64,000 bases of DNA from positions 1-64,000 of the forward strand of contig OZ025677.1 of NCBI GenBank assembly GCA_964019335.1, written 5' to 3'. Shown here piece by piece: positions 54,260 to 64,000 of this stretch. Made by a program: the position numbers and the translations under genes. Below the pieces are notes generated by a model, which saw only the letters and a list, made by a program, of their open reading frames with translations, did no database searches and was not told the origin of the DNA. The DNA is from Diplonema japonicum. Taxonomy: Eukaryota > Protista > Euglenozoa: Diplonemea. Positions within the stretch are counted from its first letter, which is position 1, and every line of letters begins with the position of its first letter.

Positions 54260-57037
54260 CTACGCCTCGACAAGAGACAGGAAGGCGACACCGTGAGGGG
54301 GGACATCCTGCGCTGTGTAGGAGCCGGAGAATGTCCCCATATCCTGATGCTTCCACAAGTCCCTCACCTGCTGTTTGCCATTCCCAGCTGCGATCCCAAT
54401 ATCGGAAAAGTTAAGCGGGATCGATGCGTTCCTGCCCCCGTCAAGGTTCAGCAGAAGAGCCGCACGTGTCTTCCCATCCGCAAGGGGTTTGAACCACAGC
54501 TCTGTCTCACACCCGTTCACAGTGGTCCTCTTCACGAGGTACCCTTGCACCTTGTTGTTCAAACCCAGGTCCTGGTTCACATTGATCACTTCCTTGTTTG
54601 TTAAAATGCTGAGAATCTGTTTCGGGGCATGGATGAGGTCCGTCCCAGCAAGCAGAGGCGACGCCATGATGCACCACAAGCTGAAGTGGGTCACCTGTTC
54701 GGTGTAAGACAGCCCAACATCCCCCACCTCAAGCATGTCTGCATCATTGAAGTGCCCAGGGGTCGCGATGTCGTGCATCAGGTTGCTCGCATAGGCATTG
54801 TACATGACTGAGGAGAAGTGTGCCTGCACGTCCTTAGATGTACGCCACAGGTTGGCCACACCAGGGATCCACTTGCCGCAGTCCAATGGGTCGTCGCAGT
54901 GCTCCACAGAGGTTACGATGTAGTTGCCTGTTGTGTTGTAGCACTCCTCGAAGGCTTCGTGGAACCTGATCCAAGATGTATTCTTCATGAGGTGCTTCTT
55001 CCCATCACACTCATCGATCTTCAAGTAGTCGATGCCCCAGTCACAGTAGGTCTTCCCGTCAATCTTCTCGTAGTCATACGACCCCGGCCTGTGTTGGCAT
55101 GTGTACTGAGCCTGTGCTGTGTAGACACCGAACTTCATGCCCTTTGAGTGGGCATAGTCAGCAAGGGCCTTCATCCCCGAGGGGAACCTCACAGGGTCGG
55201 GGATGATCGTGCCGTTCGGCATGCGGGCCACCTGCCAACAGTCGTCGATGTTCACGTACTCGTACCCAGCCGCCTGCATCCCGTTGCTCACCATCACGTC
55301 GATCACAGCCTTCACCGTCACCTCATCGATGTTGCAATGGTAGAAGTTCCAGCTGTTGAACCCCATTGGGGGTGACTGAATCATCCCTCCCTTAACATTC
55401 CTTCTGATGGTCGGTTCTTCTTCTTCTCGGGTGGTAAAAGAGTGTGAGAAGGGGCCCATCGGAAGCCCATCTCCGTTCTGAAGGATGCACTCCACGAAGT
55501 CGGTGCTCGCGTACCTCACAGCAGTGGGGGTCCCCGCAGCAGGGTTCGTCAGTGACACCTTGTCCCCAACCACCTTCGTCCCCGCAAAGGGAACCTGCAC
55601 CCACTTCCCGCCGACCTCCAACTCGAACGGTGCACCCCCACCCTGGCAACAGCGCGTGCAGCTGTTCGACGACCCGTTGATGTTCTTCCCAGTCACATCG
55701 CGCAGGGACATCCCGAACCCTGTCCCGTTCATGAGGCTCACCAAGACCCCGGCCCCTTCCGTCACAGCCGCCGCCTCGAACACAGGCCCGCTGAAGTAGG
55801 TGTTCACAGGGAAGGGTGGGGCCCCAGCCTTGTCATTCGACATCCTCCCTTGCACAGCGTAGGCCACGTGTACGGTCTGCAGAGCAAGTCGCCTCGACAT
55901 CTCGTTCTTGTTGGGAGGGTGGTCGATGCCCCAAGCAGAGGCGCCCCCAAGGTCAATCCCAACAGCGATCCCAGAGATGTCGGTCTTTGACCCCACCCGA
56001 GGGACAAGGTCTGCCTCCGCAAGCCTGATAGCTGGGCGGCCCGTCCCATTCTGCTGGGGAAGGGGTGTGCCTGCAGGGACAGAGGGAGGGAGCTGCATCG
56101 CAAGGAAGGCGAAGTCACCAATCCTCTTCGCATCTCTCCAAGAAGAAACCATTGCTTGAAGGTAGCATGAGTAGTAGGCCTCCCTGTCGTAACCAGAAGG
56201 GAGCTTCTCGTCTGCATTCGCCTCCCCTTGATACCAGATGGCAGCTTTGACTGAAAACTTAGCCATGGGCGCCACCATTGCGTTGTAGAGGACAGAGGCC
56301 TCCTGGTGACTGGTGGCGGGAACAGGTGGCATGGAGGAGCAGGTCTTGAAGGAGGATTCAGGCATCCACGCCTCGATCCTGGTGCCACCCCACGCGGAGA
56401 GCACAAGGCCCATGGGACGGCCGCCTGTGTGGAAGCGGGCAATGTCGCGAACTGTCATATAACAAACTGCAGAGAAGTCCATAATGTAGCCGGTGCTGTG
56501 AGCCTCGGCCGCCGTGACCCAGCTGGTGCAAGCATCGCCCACCTGACACGACCCATTGTTGAAGTTGAACTGCGGGGTGGGGCTGTAGCTGAGGGGTGCA
56601 GTGAAGAAGCGGAAGTTCGCAAAGTCGGCCTCCGTGAGGGACGAGGCCTCTGCGGTGGCATTGAAGGCATCCTTCAGGGGGAAGGCCATGTTCGACTGCC
56701 CAGAACAGAAGAACACATCCCCGTATGACACCTGGTCAGCTTTGTGAACAGGGCCGGATTCACCTTGAACAGTGAGGTAGCCCTTCTCAGACGGGCCCAT
56801 GGGGTCAAGCATGACCTCCCAGTCGCCTGAGGAGTCAGCGGTCACAGTGTAGACAGTGTTCGTGGCGGTGCCCTGAATGACCACCTTCTCGCCAGGGGAG
56901 GCTTTGCCGTTCAGGAAGCCACGGGCGCCGTATTCTTCATTGGTCTGGATCACCATGTTGTCACCGAACCAGTTTGGCATCTGAACCGCCCCCTCCGACA
57001 GGGCACAGAGGGACGCAAAGACCAGCCCTGCGCGCAT
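54260..57037 (-). CDS. SASA plus GH27 fusion, paralog 2
   Basis: 925 aa, same motifs as paralog 1. Confidence 0.92.
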   Translation of the reverse strand: MRAGLVFASLCALSEGAVQMPNWFGDNMVIQTNEEYGARGFLNGKASPGEKVVIQGTATNTVYTVTADSSGDWEVMLDPMGPSEKGYLTVQGESGPVHKADQVSYGDVFFCSGQSNMAFPLKDAFNATAEASSLTEADFANFRFFTAPLSYSPTPQFNFNNGSCQVGDACTSWVTAAEAHSTGYIMDFSAVCYMTVRDIARFHTGGRPMGLVLSAWGGTRIEAWMPESSFKTCSSMPPVPATSHQEASVLYNAMVAPMAKFSVKAAIWYQGEANADEKLPSGYDREAYYSCYLQAMVSSWRDAKRIGDFAFLAMQLPPSVPAGTPLPQQNGTGRPAIRLAEADLVPRVGSKTDISGIAVGIDLGGASAWGIDHPPNKNEMSRRLALQTVHVAYAVQGRMSNDKAGAPPFPVNTYFSGPVFEAAAVTEGAGVLVSLMNGTGFGMSLRDVTGKNINGSSNSCTRCCQGGGAPFELEVGGKWVQVPFAGTKVVGDKVSLTNPAAGTPTAVRYASTDFVECILQNGDGLPMGPFSHSFTTREEEEPTIRRNVKGGMIQSPPMGFNSWNFYHCNIDEVTVKAVIDVMVSNGMQAAGYEYVNIDDCWQVARMPNGTIIPDPVRFPSGMKALADYAHSKGMKFGVYTAQAQYTCQHRPGSYDYEKIDGKTYCDWGIDYLKIDECDGKKHLMKNTSWIRFHEAFEECYNTTGNYIVTSVEHCDDPLDCGKWIPGVANLWRTSKDVQAHFSSVMYNAYASNLMHDIATPGHFNDADMLEVGDVGLSYTEQVTHFSLWCIMASPLLAGTDLIHAPKQILSILTNKEVINVNQDLGLNNKVQGYLVKRTTVNGCETELWFKPLADGKTRAALLLNLDGGRNASIPLNFSDIGIAAGNGKQQVRDLWKHQDMGTFSGSYTAQDVPPHGVAFLSLVEA

Positions 57038-57443
57038 TTTATTTGTTATTATGTTTCCTTTTTGTATACTTTAGTGATTTGTGTGTTGAATAAGGAACTG
57101 CAGGTGCTAGCATGGAGAAGAATTGGGCGTTGTGTGCCTAACGGCACTGAACAAGAGAAGTAAAGGAGGGTGAAGAGACCATAGAAAGGAAAAAAAGAAG
57201 AAAACCAGAAGTGCTGAGGAGCTTACCTGGGCATCCAGTAACATTCATCCCCTAACCTTCCGTTCTTCTTACATTGCTCCTGTGTCCTTTTTTTTGCTCT
57301 CTTTCGATTCCCCCCCCCCCTTTTTTTTACGTTTAGTTTGAATGAGGGAAAGAAAAAAAAGAGAAGAAATTACACCCCTTTTTTTATTTTTTTCTCCTCA
57401 CTCAAGAAAAGAGAAAATTAAAAAAGAAAAAGAAAACGGACAG

Positions 57444-57485
<42 letters not shown>

Positions 57486-57849
57486 CTCCACTTGATCAAT
57501 GCTCTGATAGCAAGGTTTTGTCATTATTATTTTTTTTTTTTATCTTTTTGTTGAAATAGCTATCGGAACATCTCGACGTAGATTTGAAACGGGGTGTTTA
57601 AAAAGATAGTAAAAGTGTTCCGGCAAAATATTATCATTTTTTCAAATCACTTTCCCAAAAGGAAGAAAAAAAAAAGAAAATCAGAAAGCCACTTCCACGA
57701 CCCCTGTATATGTTCTTCTTCTTTTTTTTTTCCTTCTAAGTCTGTTAGTGATGAGATAGTACTCAGATAGCATCTTTTTTAATATAGTAGAACTAGAAAG
57801 GTTTTTTTTTTTTTTTGAGCAAAAAAAAAAAAAAAAAAAAAAAATAATA

Positions 57850-58095
57850 ATAACTATTTATTTAGTGAATATAAGATCCTATGATTTCACGCGTGGTGGC
57901 AGTGGTTTTGACGAGTGAGGTAATTACTTCACTCGCTTCGCTCGTGAAGTAATGACGGTTATATCACGAGCGAAGCGAGTGTTATAACGTTTAACGAGTC
58001 AAAACTGCCACCACAAGTGAAATCATCAATCTTATATTCACAAATACGATATTTTATTTAACGACAGCAAAATTTGAGTGGGTGGGAGGTACAGG
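57850..58095 (+). mobile_element. Palindromic non-autonomous DNA element (Crypton-like), truncated copy
   Basis: Nested inverted repeats with two CACTCGCTTCGCTCGTG hairpin cores; homologous to the reverse complement of 61660-61911. Confidence 0.7.
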
Positions 58096-58248
58096 TGGTA
58101 CCAATTACAACAGGTGTCGGATATGTGCCTCGGTAGTGCACATGTTTCCTGCGAACATCAACGCTGCATAAGCGTGGCGGACGATGCCATAGAGGGAAAA
58201 AAAAAAAAAAACACTCGGAGATGGGAAGGAAGGAAAGGGTGAGGCAGA

Positions 58249-59509
58249 TTACCTTTCTTTTGGCTTGGGACCCCAACACAAATCGCGCTTGATGAGGTAC
58301 TGCAGCGCGGCTGTACGCGGGGCATGGTACTGCTTGATCTCCTCGAGAAGAACAGGGTCCTCTGCAGATGGGTCTTTGACATAACAGGAGTTTGTGTGGA
58401 TGGTGGCCTCAGTGAGCTTTCTAATAACCCCATCATCAACCTCCTTCTGCACACTTGAGGGAAGCTGCGAGACAATCCGCTTAAGCGTGTCCTGCACGCC
58501 GCCCTTAGACAGGTCCTCCCGCTGCTCCACGAAAACGAAAGATTCGATGGGAAAGTATTTCAACCAGTTCTTCAACGCTCTATGAGGGTCCATCTGTGTG
58601 GCGCTGGCGGCGTAGCCACCTGGCATCGGCATCCATTCCAATGGTAGGAAGCTTCCTGTGAAATTCTCGCCTTCAGCGTACATTTTCTCCGCTTTTCCTT
58701 TTGAAAGATCCCACGCTTCGCGGAATGTGAACGGTGCAGGGGTCACAACAGGCCCGCAAGCCATGTCCGCGAAGATTGGTTGGTACTGTTTGTGGAAGTT
58801 CCACCAGCTGACGTTTTGTGAAACGGGTTCCCGCAGGCAAACGATGATTTGGGACCCACGTGAGGGACATGTCAGTGGGGGTAGCGTCGTAAGCAAAGAA
58901 CGGCTTCCCAAGCAGCCTGCAGTACCACTTGTGAAAGATGGTCGGAAACACCATCCGATAAAAGAACGGGTGAACGCACCCTAAGTAAGTCCCGCAGAAA
59001 TACATGGACTCCTTGTTGTAAACAAATGTGGTACGTATATTGGTAAACGGCTTATGCGCACCAGGGAGGCGTTCGATATAATGCGACAATGATGTTGTTC
59101 CTGAACGGGGTTGTCCGATGATTAGAACATCCGGTACCACGCGGAGGGGAGCGGTGAGGAATCTGAACATAGCTTGCATCGGGCGGTTTGCAAACATGAG
59201 AAGTATAGTTGCAAAGCTCAGTGTCGGTTTCCTTCCCATCACTGTCTTCACAAAGTGGCAGTATGTTGCGTAAAACAGGACGCTTCCCACCAAGGCCGCC
59301 CATCCCAATACTGTTTCCAGTGTCTCGGAGACAGGTATGCTTGCGGCACCATGAAGAACCCATGCCCAAGGACCTTCGTCTGGGGCATTGTTGTCTTGAA
59401 TGTAGCCCACCGCTGCATCCTTTACAAGATGGAGGCCTTTCAGCAGCAGCCATGTTACCAACGTCTCGCCGAAATCGAAGCCTGGGATGTATTGTTCATC
59501 TTTCGGCAT
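58249..59509 (-). pseudogene. Membrane-anchored sulfotransferase (HS3ST-like domain) with a frameshifting deletion near 58850
   Basis: The 5'-PSB IIGQPRSGTTSL, KESMYF and YDATP are in one frame; the 3'-PB IIVCLREPVSQNVSWW is in another. Confidence 0.7.
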
Positions 59510-59810
59510 TTTTTTTTTTTTTTTTTTTTTTGTCGTGATCTGAAAGGTTTAAAAAAAAAAAAAAACGGAGAAAGGAAAAAAAAACTATCGGCTAAAGATA
59601 AAAAAAAAAAGGTTTTGTTCTCTCCCCCCCCCCCCCCCCCCAACAGTTTTTTTTCCCCCTCCACCTACGTTGCCATATTGTTTTTGCAAAATAAAAAGTA
59701 AACAAAAACAAACAAAAAAAAAAAAAAGAGGGAACACACACTCAGCATGTAAAAAAAAAAAGAAAAAAAAAGAGACCTTTCTTTTCTTACTTTCTTTACT
59801 CTCATTTTTT

Positions 59811-60926
59811 TTATGGTTCAAAGGGGAAGTACACTGTGAAGTTATCAGGACCGCCGTAGCCAAGGGTGTCAAGACGCATGCCGGCAGTATAATATTTATC
59901 GTAAATATCCTGCCCAAGGGAGTTGAACCGCTCCCTCCATTCGGGTACAGGGTCGCATACCGGCGCGGGTGAGTGAGTGACATCAAGCTGCCAGAATTCC
60001 CCTCGGTTCAAATCTCCGGCCGACACAACGTAGGCAACATTAAGAGTACCGGAGGGGATCGCCGACGAGTCCTTAACCTGCTTGGGAGACTCTGGGTATA
60101 AGTAAAGCTTCTCCTCCAACATCCGTCCGGTAGCGGTGTACGTGAAAGCCATCAAAACATGTGGAGAGAATTCACCCGTGATGGCGGCCTCCTCGGCTTG
60201 CTTTCTTTTCAGACGGTGGGATTCAGGAAGGTCTGCAGCTTCACCGTGAAGATAAATCTTGACGTGAGCCTCGCCAGCAACACCGAAATCCCATCCAAGC
60301 CCGTAGAAAGGAAATTTACCTTCATTTGTCATGTCGGAAAACGCCTCTGGGAGCTCGATACTGTGTTTCTTCAAAACCGTTTTTGCTTTTTGGATGAGTG
60401 CAGGAGTTGCCTCGTAGGCTACACCGTAAGATACACGGCCGGAGTTCTGTGCTGTGGATTTCACGCGGTGGGAGAAGGAGTATGGGGAGAGAAAGTACTC
60501 GCGTTCTTCTTGAAGCAGAAACGTGTTCAAAAAATCGCTGGAGATATTCGACAGAAACTCCTTGTAGTACTCGTTGTACTCAGATGTGAACCGTTCGTGA
60601 AAGGGGTAAAAGACCAGGCAGTGCCAATTCAGCAGGGCGATGTGGAACGCGGGCAAGACTTCGTTGGAAACCTCGATCAGGTTTGTCCTGTCTTTTGTCA
60701 TTCCCGTGGCACCGTCGTCCTCTTCCCATGCTGCAGCCTCGTCCTTTAAACGGTTCATCATTGCATCGATCCCGTCAGCTGTCATCCCGCACTTGCCCCA
60801 TGGCCCTTCAAGGGTTTTTGGTTCCCCTGTTACTAGCTTCTGCAAAACCCCGCAGAAATGCGTCAAATCCTCAACAAAGGAACCTACGCTGGTGTCGTTG
60901 TCGAAACTGCCTTCAGAGTCGGACAT
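59811..60926 (-). CDS. Hypothetical protein (371 aa)
   Basis: Long GC-rich ORF, ATG after a poly(A) run, globular composition. Confidence 0.85.
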   Translation of the reverse strand: MSDSEGSFDNDTSVGSFVEDLTHFCGVLQKLVTGEPKTLEGPWGKCGMTADGIDAMMNRLKDEAAAWEEDDGATGMTKDRTNLIEVSNEVLPAFHIALLNWHCLVFYPFHERFTSEYNEYYKEFLSNISSDFLNTFLLQEEREYFLSPYSFSHRVKSTAQNSGRVSYGVAYEATPALIQKAKTVLKKHSIELPEAFSDMTNEGKFPFYGLGWDFGVAGEAHVKIYLHGEAADLPESHRLKRKQAEEAAITGEFSPHVLMAFTYTATGRMLEEKLYLYPESPKQVKDSSAIPSGTLNVAYVVSAGDLNRGEFWQLDVTHSPAPVCDPVPEWRERFNSLGQDIYDKYYTAGMRLDTLGYGGPDNFTVYFPFEP

Positions 60927-60995
60927 TCTTTTTTTTTTTTTTTTTTTTTCGAACTTTTTTTTTTTCTTTTTATTTTTGGAAAAAGAGTTGAGGGA

Positions 60996-61027
<32 letters not shown>

Positions 61028-61065
61028 CAATTTTTTTTTTGTCTCTGTTTGTAAAAAAAGAGACT

Positions 61066-61086
<21 letters not shown>

Positions 61087-61096
<10 letters not shown>

Positions 61097-61911
61097 CTCC
61101 AGTCAGATTTTCAAGGGTGGGAGTGAATATAATATTTCACATTATTTCACGCTTCACTTTATTTTCATTGCAGATTTCAGGCTTGTTTTAGGAAGAAAAC
61201 AGGCAGAAATGAAAATTACTTTATGAGTGAATATAAAGTACTTTATATTCACGCTTGCCCTATTTTCACTGCACAGCCAGGGGTTGGGAGCGCAAATTTC
61301 CCTTGAATTGTTTTCTCTACTCCCCTTCGATCCTCCCGCCTGGTAGTGGAATATTTATTATTATTATTAGCGCAAACACGGAAAGGAAATCACCTAAGTG
61401 GTTACCACACAGGCCCCTTGTTTTGGAAACCCCGGTTCGAATCTGGGAATCTCACTTTTTACGCCTCTCTCAACAGAAGGGGAGAGAGGTGGGCTTGGCA
61501 AGCCAGCAGCGGTGACAGCTGCTAGTGGGGCAACCTCAGCAACCCAGGCAGCAGCCCCACAGGTCCAGACCGAGGTCCTGTCAGCACTCATGGACACACA
61601 GCCCGCACCACACATATGCCTTGACAATCAGCACCCCAGTAAAATTTTAACTTGTAACTTGTAACCTGTAATGCCCCACCCTTTTAAATCTGACTGACGT
61701 TAAATAAAACAACGGATTTAGTGAAAATAGATCCGATTTTCACTTGTGGTGGCATGTTTAACTCGTTGATGTTACTTCACTCGCTTCGCTCGTGAAGTAG
61801 ACATTCATGACTGCACTCGCTTCGCTCGTGAAGTCATATACCCACTCGTTAAACCACTGCCACCACGCGTGAAAATCATACGATCTTATTTTCACTAAAT
61901 AAATAGTTATT
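61087..61911 (-). mobile_element. Palindromic non-autonomous DNA element (Crypton-like), complete, with tRNA-like core
   Basis: Palindromic module at 61710-61911; internal inverted repeats 61087-61121 / 61675-61709; tRNA-like segment at 61385-61455 with CCCGG-TTCGAAT-CTGGG T-arm. Confidence 0.65.
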
Positions 61912-61917
61912 TTTAAA

Positions 61918-63755
61918 CCCTTAAACGCCCAACTGCTTCTGTAGAAGCAGTTAATAGGTGTAATTGTTCTGTGGTCATCTAGACCAAAGCCTCGGATCGG
62001 TTTTCATAAAAAAAAGATGGAATGGAAAGATATTGAAGATCTGCGTTAAATGCGCTATTTGTATCCATCTGAAACCTCATAACTTCATCCCAGAACGGGG
62101 TGCCGAGACACTGGGTAACACCAAAAATGGGCATTTTCCGGATTTCCATGATTTTTCCATGATTTTTTCCCTCTTTTTTTTTTTTTTTTTTTTTCCGAGT
62201 CACTATGCCTTATCAAAATCAACATGCCAGCACACAACGGGAGCAGTTCCCGTCGACCTGCAATGTTCATATGGGTTAAATCCACCTCTCTACCTCAATC
62301 CTCGTTTCTTTTTTATTTACCAGAACCGCGATGACGATGTAGTTATGGGTCCGGTTGGGTCCTACGAAACAGGTGGCCACCTTTCTGGAGAACGGATGGT
62401 TTTTTTGATGCACTCGTTCTTCCGTCGCGTCCCAGTGGCCTCCCGCAGTCCGGCGGTTCAGAGGCTGGCAACGGTCCTGCGAGCAGACGCTGCTGCAGCG
62501 TTCTACGAGCAGCAATCGCAAGCCTTGCTGCCTATGCCTCGCCGCCGTGCACTTCTTCTCCGCGTACATCACCAGTCCATCCACAGTCGCTGCTCACCGC
62601 GGAGCTGGGTCGGGTACCGCGTGTCCCTGGACACCGAGTTCTCGCGGTCCAGGCGTAGTTCGCGTCGCTCTTGCACGCCGCCGCGTCCGTCGTCACTGTG
62701 CACGTTGCGACCGGCTTGCACACGGGCGTCCACCGCCGTGTCCCTCTGGGCAGTCTGCATTCGGCGCCTTCAACCACTTCTCCCGCACGAAGATCGCTCC
62801 ACAGGGCTTCGGGTCGCATTTGGTCCCGTCCCACTTGCACAGGAGGCTCGGGTCGCTCGTACAGGCCCTCTGGTCGATCGTCCCCATCGTCGTCGGGTTC
62901 GGTCCCAGCCCGGGGTACTCGTGGTGTGCTCGTGGTCACACGGGAAACGGATGGCCTGGTGTGGAAACCAGCACTGGTGTGACGTTTGCAACCACCGATC
63001 CCAGACGGTGACCAGCATAACGGAGCATGCATGGGTAAAGAACGTATTGAAAAGCAAGCAGTACACAGAGTGAAGTGAGAAGGCCTCCCGTCTGCCACAG
63101 CCCACCACAGGATTTTCCCAAGCGAAAGTAGTTCAAAGCAAAGGAATGTGCCGGGATGGTGCAACAATACCTCCTAAAATTGTGACCGTCGTGACGCCAG
63201 AGCAGCTGGAAAAAGGAAGAGAGTGCTCACCTCCAACCCCTGGGATGACCCCCCGGGTAAGCGGAAGTCCAGAAATGCTCAGCACGATGCGGAAGGTCAG
63301 CCTTCCCGGCCAACGCCAAACCGAGAGTGCATACCTCTGGCACCTTGGACACAGCTACGGCACGAGGTCTCTTCTCCTCGAACCAAATTGCCTCCCTGCC
63401 TTGCACAACTCCATGTAAATGTTTCTCGCCCAGATGCCGTCCATCTCATTGCGACAAACAGTCACCGCAGGCACCAGAACAGTGAACACCCCCATGCACA
63501 CTGAGATTTTAGCGAGTTTCGCATGCATGATTTCCAGGAAAAGCAAATGAACTCATGGCATCCGGTCGATGCACCTCCATGGGTCGAAAACACTAAATAT
63601 TTAGTGGAATGAACGCAAATCTTTCAAATGCGTACCTCGAATCAAAAAATAACCTCAAGACTCAGCATGTTTGACCCAATGCCAACAAAGACCCAAAATC
63701 GAAAAATTTCGAAAATCAATTACCCCCCCCCCCCCCCCCCCTGGGCGTCTAAGGG
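61918..63755 (-). mobile_element. Non-autonomous piggyBac-like element with degenerate transposase and Cys-rich cargo
   Basis: 14-bp TIR CCCTTA(A/G)ACGCCCA; flanks TAAA / TTAA; weak remnants TLGLALAGKADLPHRAEHFWTS and GKILWWAVAD. Confidence 0.65.
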
Positions 63756-64000
63756 TTAAAGTTTTTTCTTTTTTGTTTAGGCAAAAGTTAAAAGACTCGT
63801 TCTTTGCAAAAAAAGAAAAGAATAAAAAAGAGAGAGAGGAAAAAAGAGACGAGAAAACTCTTCTAATCCCTTTCTTTGCCCCCCCCCCCCCCCCCCGCCC
63901 CTTTTTTTTGTCACATCAAGCTTCATCTTTGTCTCGTTTGTAAAAAAGAGACTTCAAAAAAAGAAGAAATATAAAAAAAGTTATACAAGTTCAGTGTTTT

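Noticed and set aside
61385-61455. Functional tRNA gene
   Set aside because: Only the T-arm is well formed; acceptor and anticodon stems do not pair
57850-61911. Composite transposon carrying the sulfotransferase and hypothetical gene between inverted repeats
   Set aside because: The two repeats are substantially diverged, the right one is a self-contained element with its own internal ends, and no TSD is seen; independent insertions are more likely
61964-63073. 369-aa plus-strand ORF
   Set aside because: Non-ATG start, poly-F stretch, no motifs; the recognisable remnants are on the opposite strand

Overview
Eukaryotic genomic DNA, most likely a euglenozoan protist such as a diplonemid. This is inferred from GC-rich, intron-poor genes all on one strand, homopolymer-rich spacers, a NEK kinase with a C-terminal PH domain and a TPAPD-repeat surface protein. 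About 14 host genes lie on the minus strand: a tandem SpoVS-like protein, NEK kinase, membrane protein, ankyrin protein, membrane/3-beta-HSD fusion, Pro-rich protein, ERMARD-like protein, mucin-like membrane protein, GT92-like/PAN protein, ADP-ribosylglycohydrolase, two SASA-esterase/GH27 fusions, a frameshifted sulfotransferase and an unknown protein. The main finding is a retroelement system. A full-length APE/RT non-LTR retrotransposon (33022-39226) begins with an HDV-like ribozyme fold that overlaps the first codons of ORF1, has a 2A-like NPGP motif before ORF2, and ends in a hairpin followed by poly(T) rather than poly(A). Five ~220-330 bp non-autonomous elements start at a different HDV-like ribozyme (core deleted in one copy) and carry three interchangeable tails, two of them LINE-derived. 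Many 30-60 bp solo tails are also present, and every retroelement copy is co-oriented with the genes. DNA transposon derivatives (hAT, two piggyBac, a MITE, palindromic Crypton-like elements with tRNA-like cores) and microhomology-type deletions are also visible. All structure and homology calls were made by eye; no searches were run.
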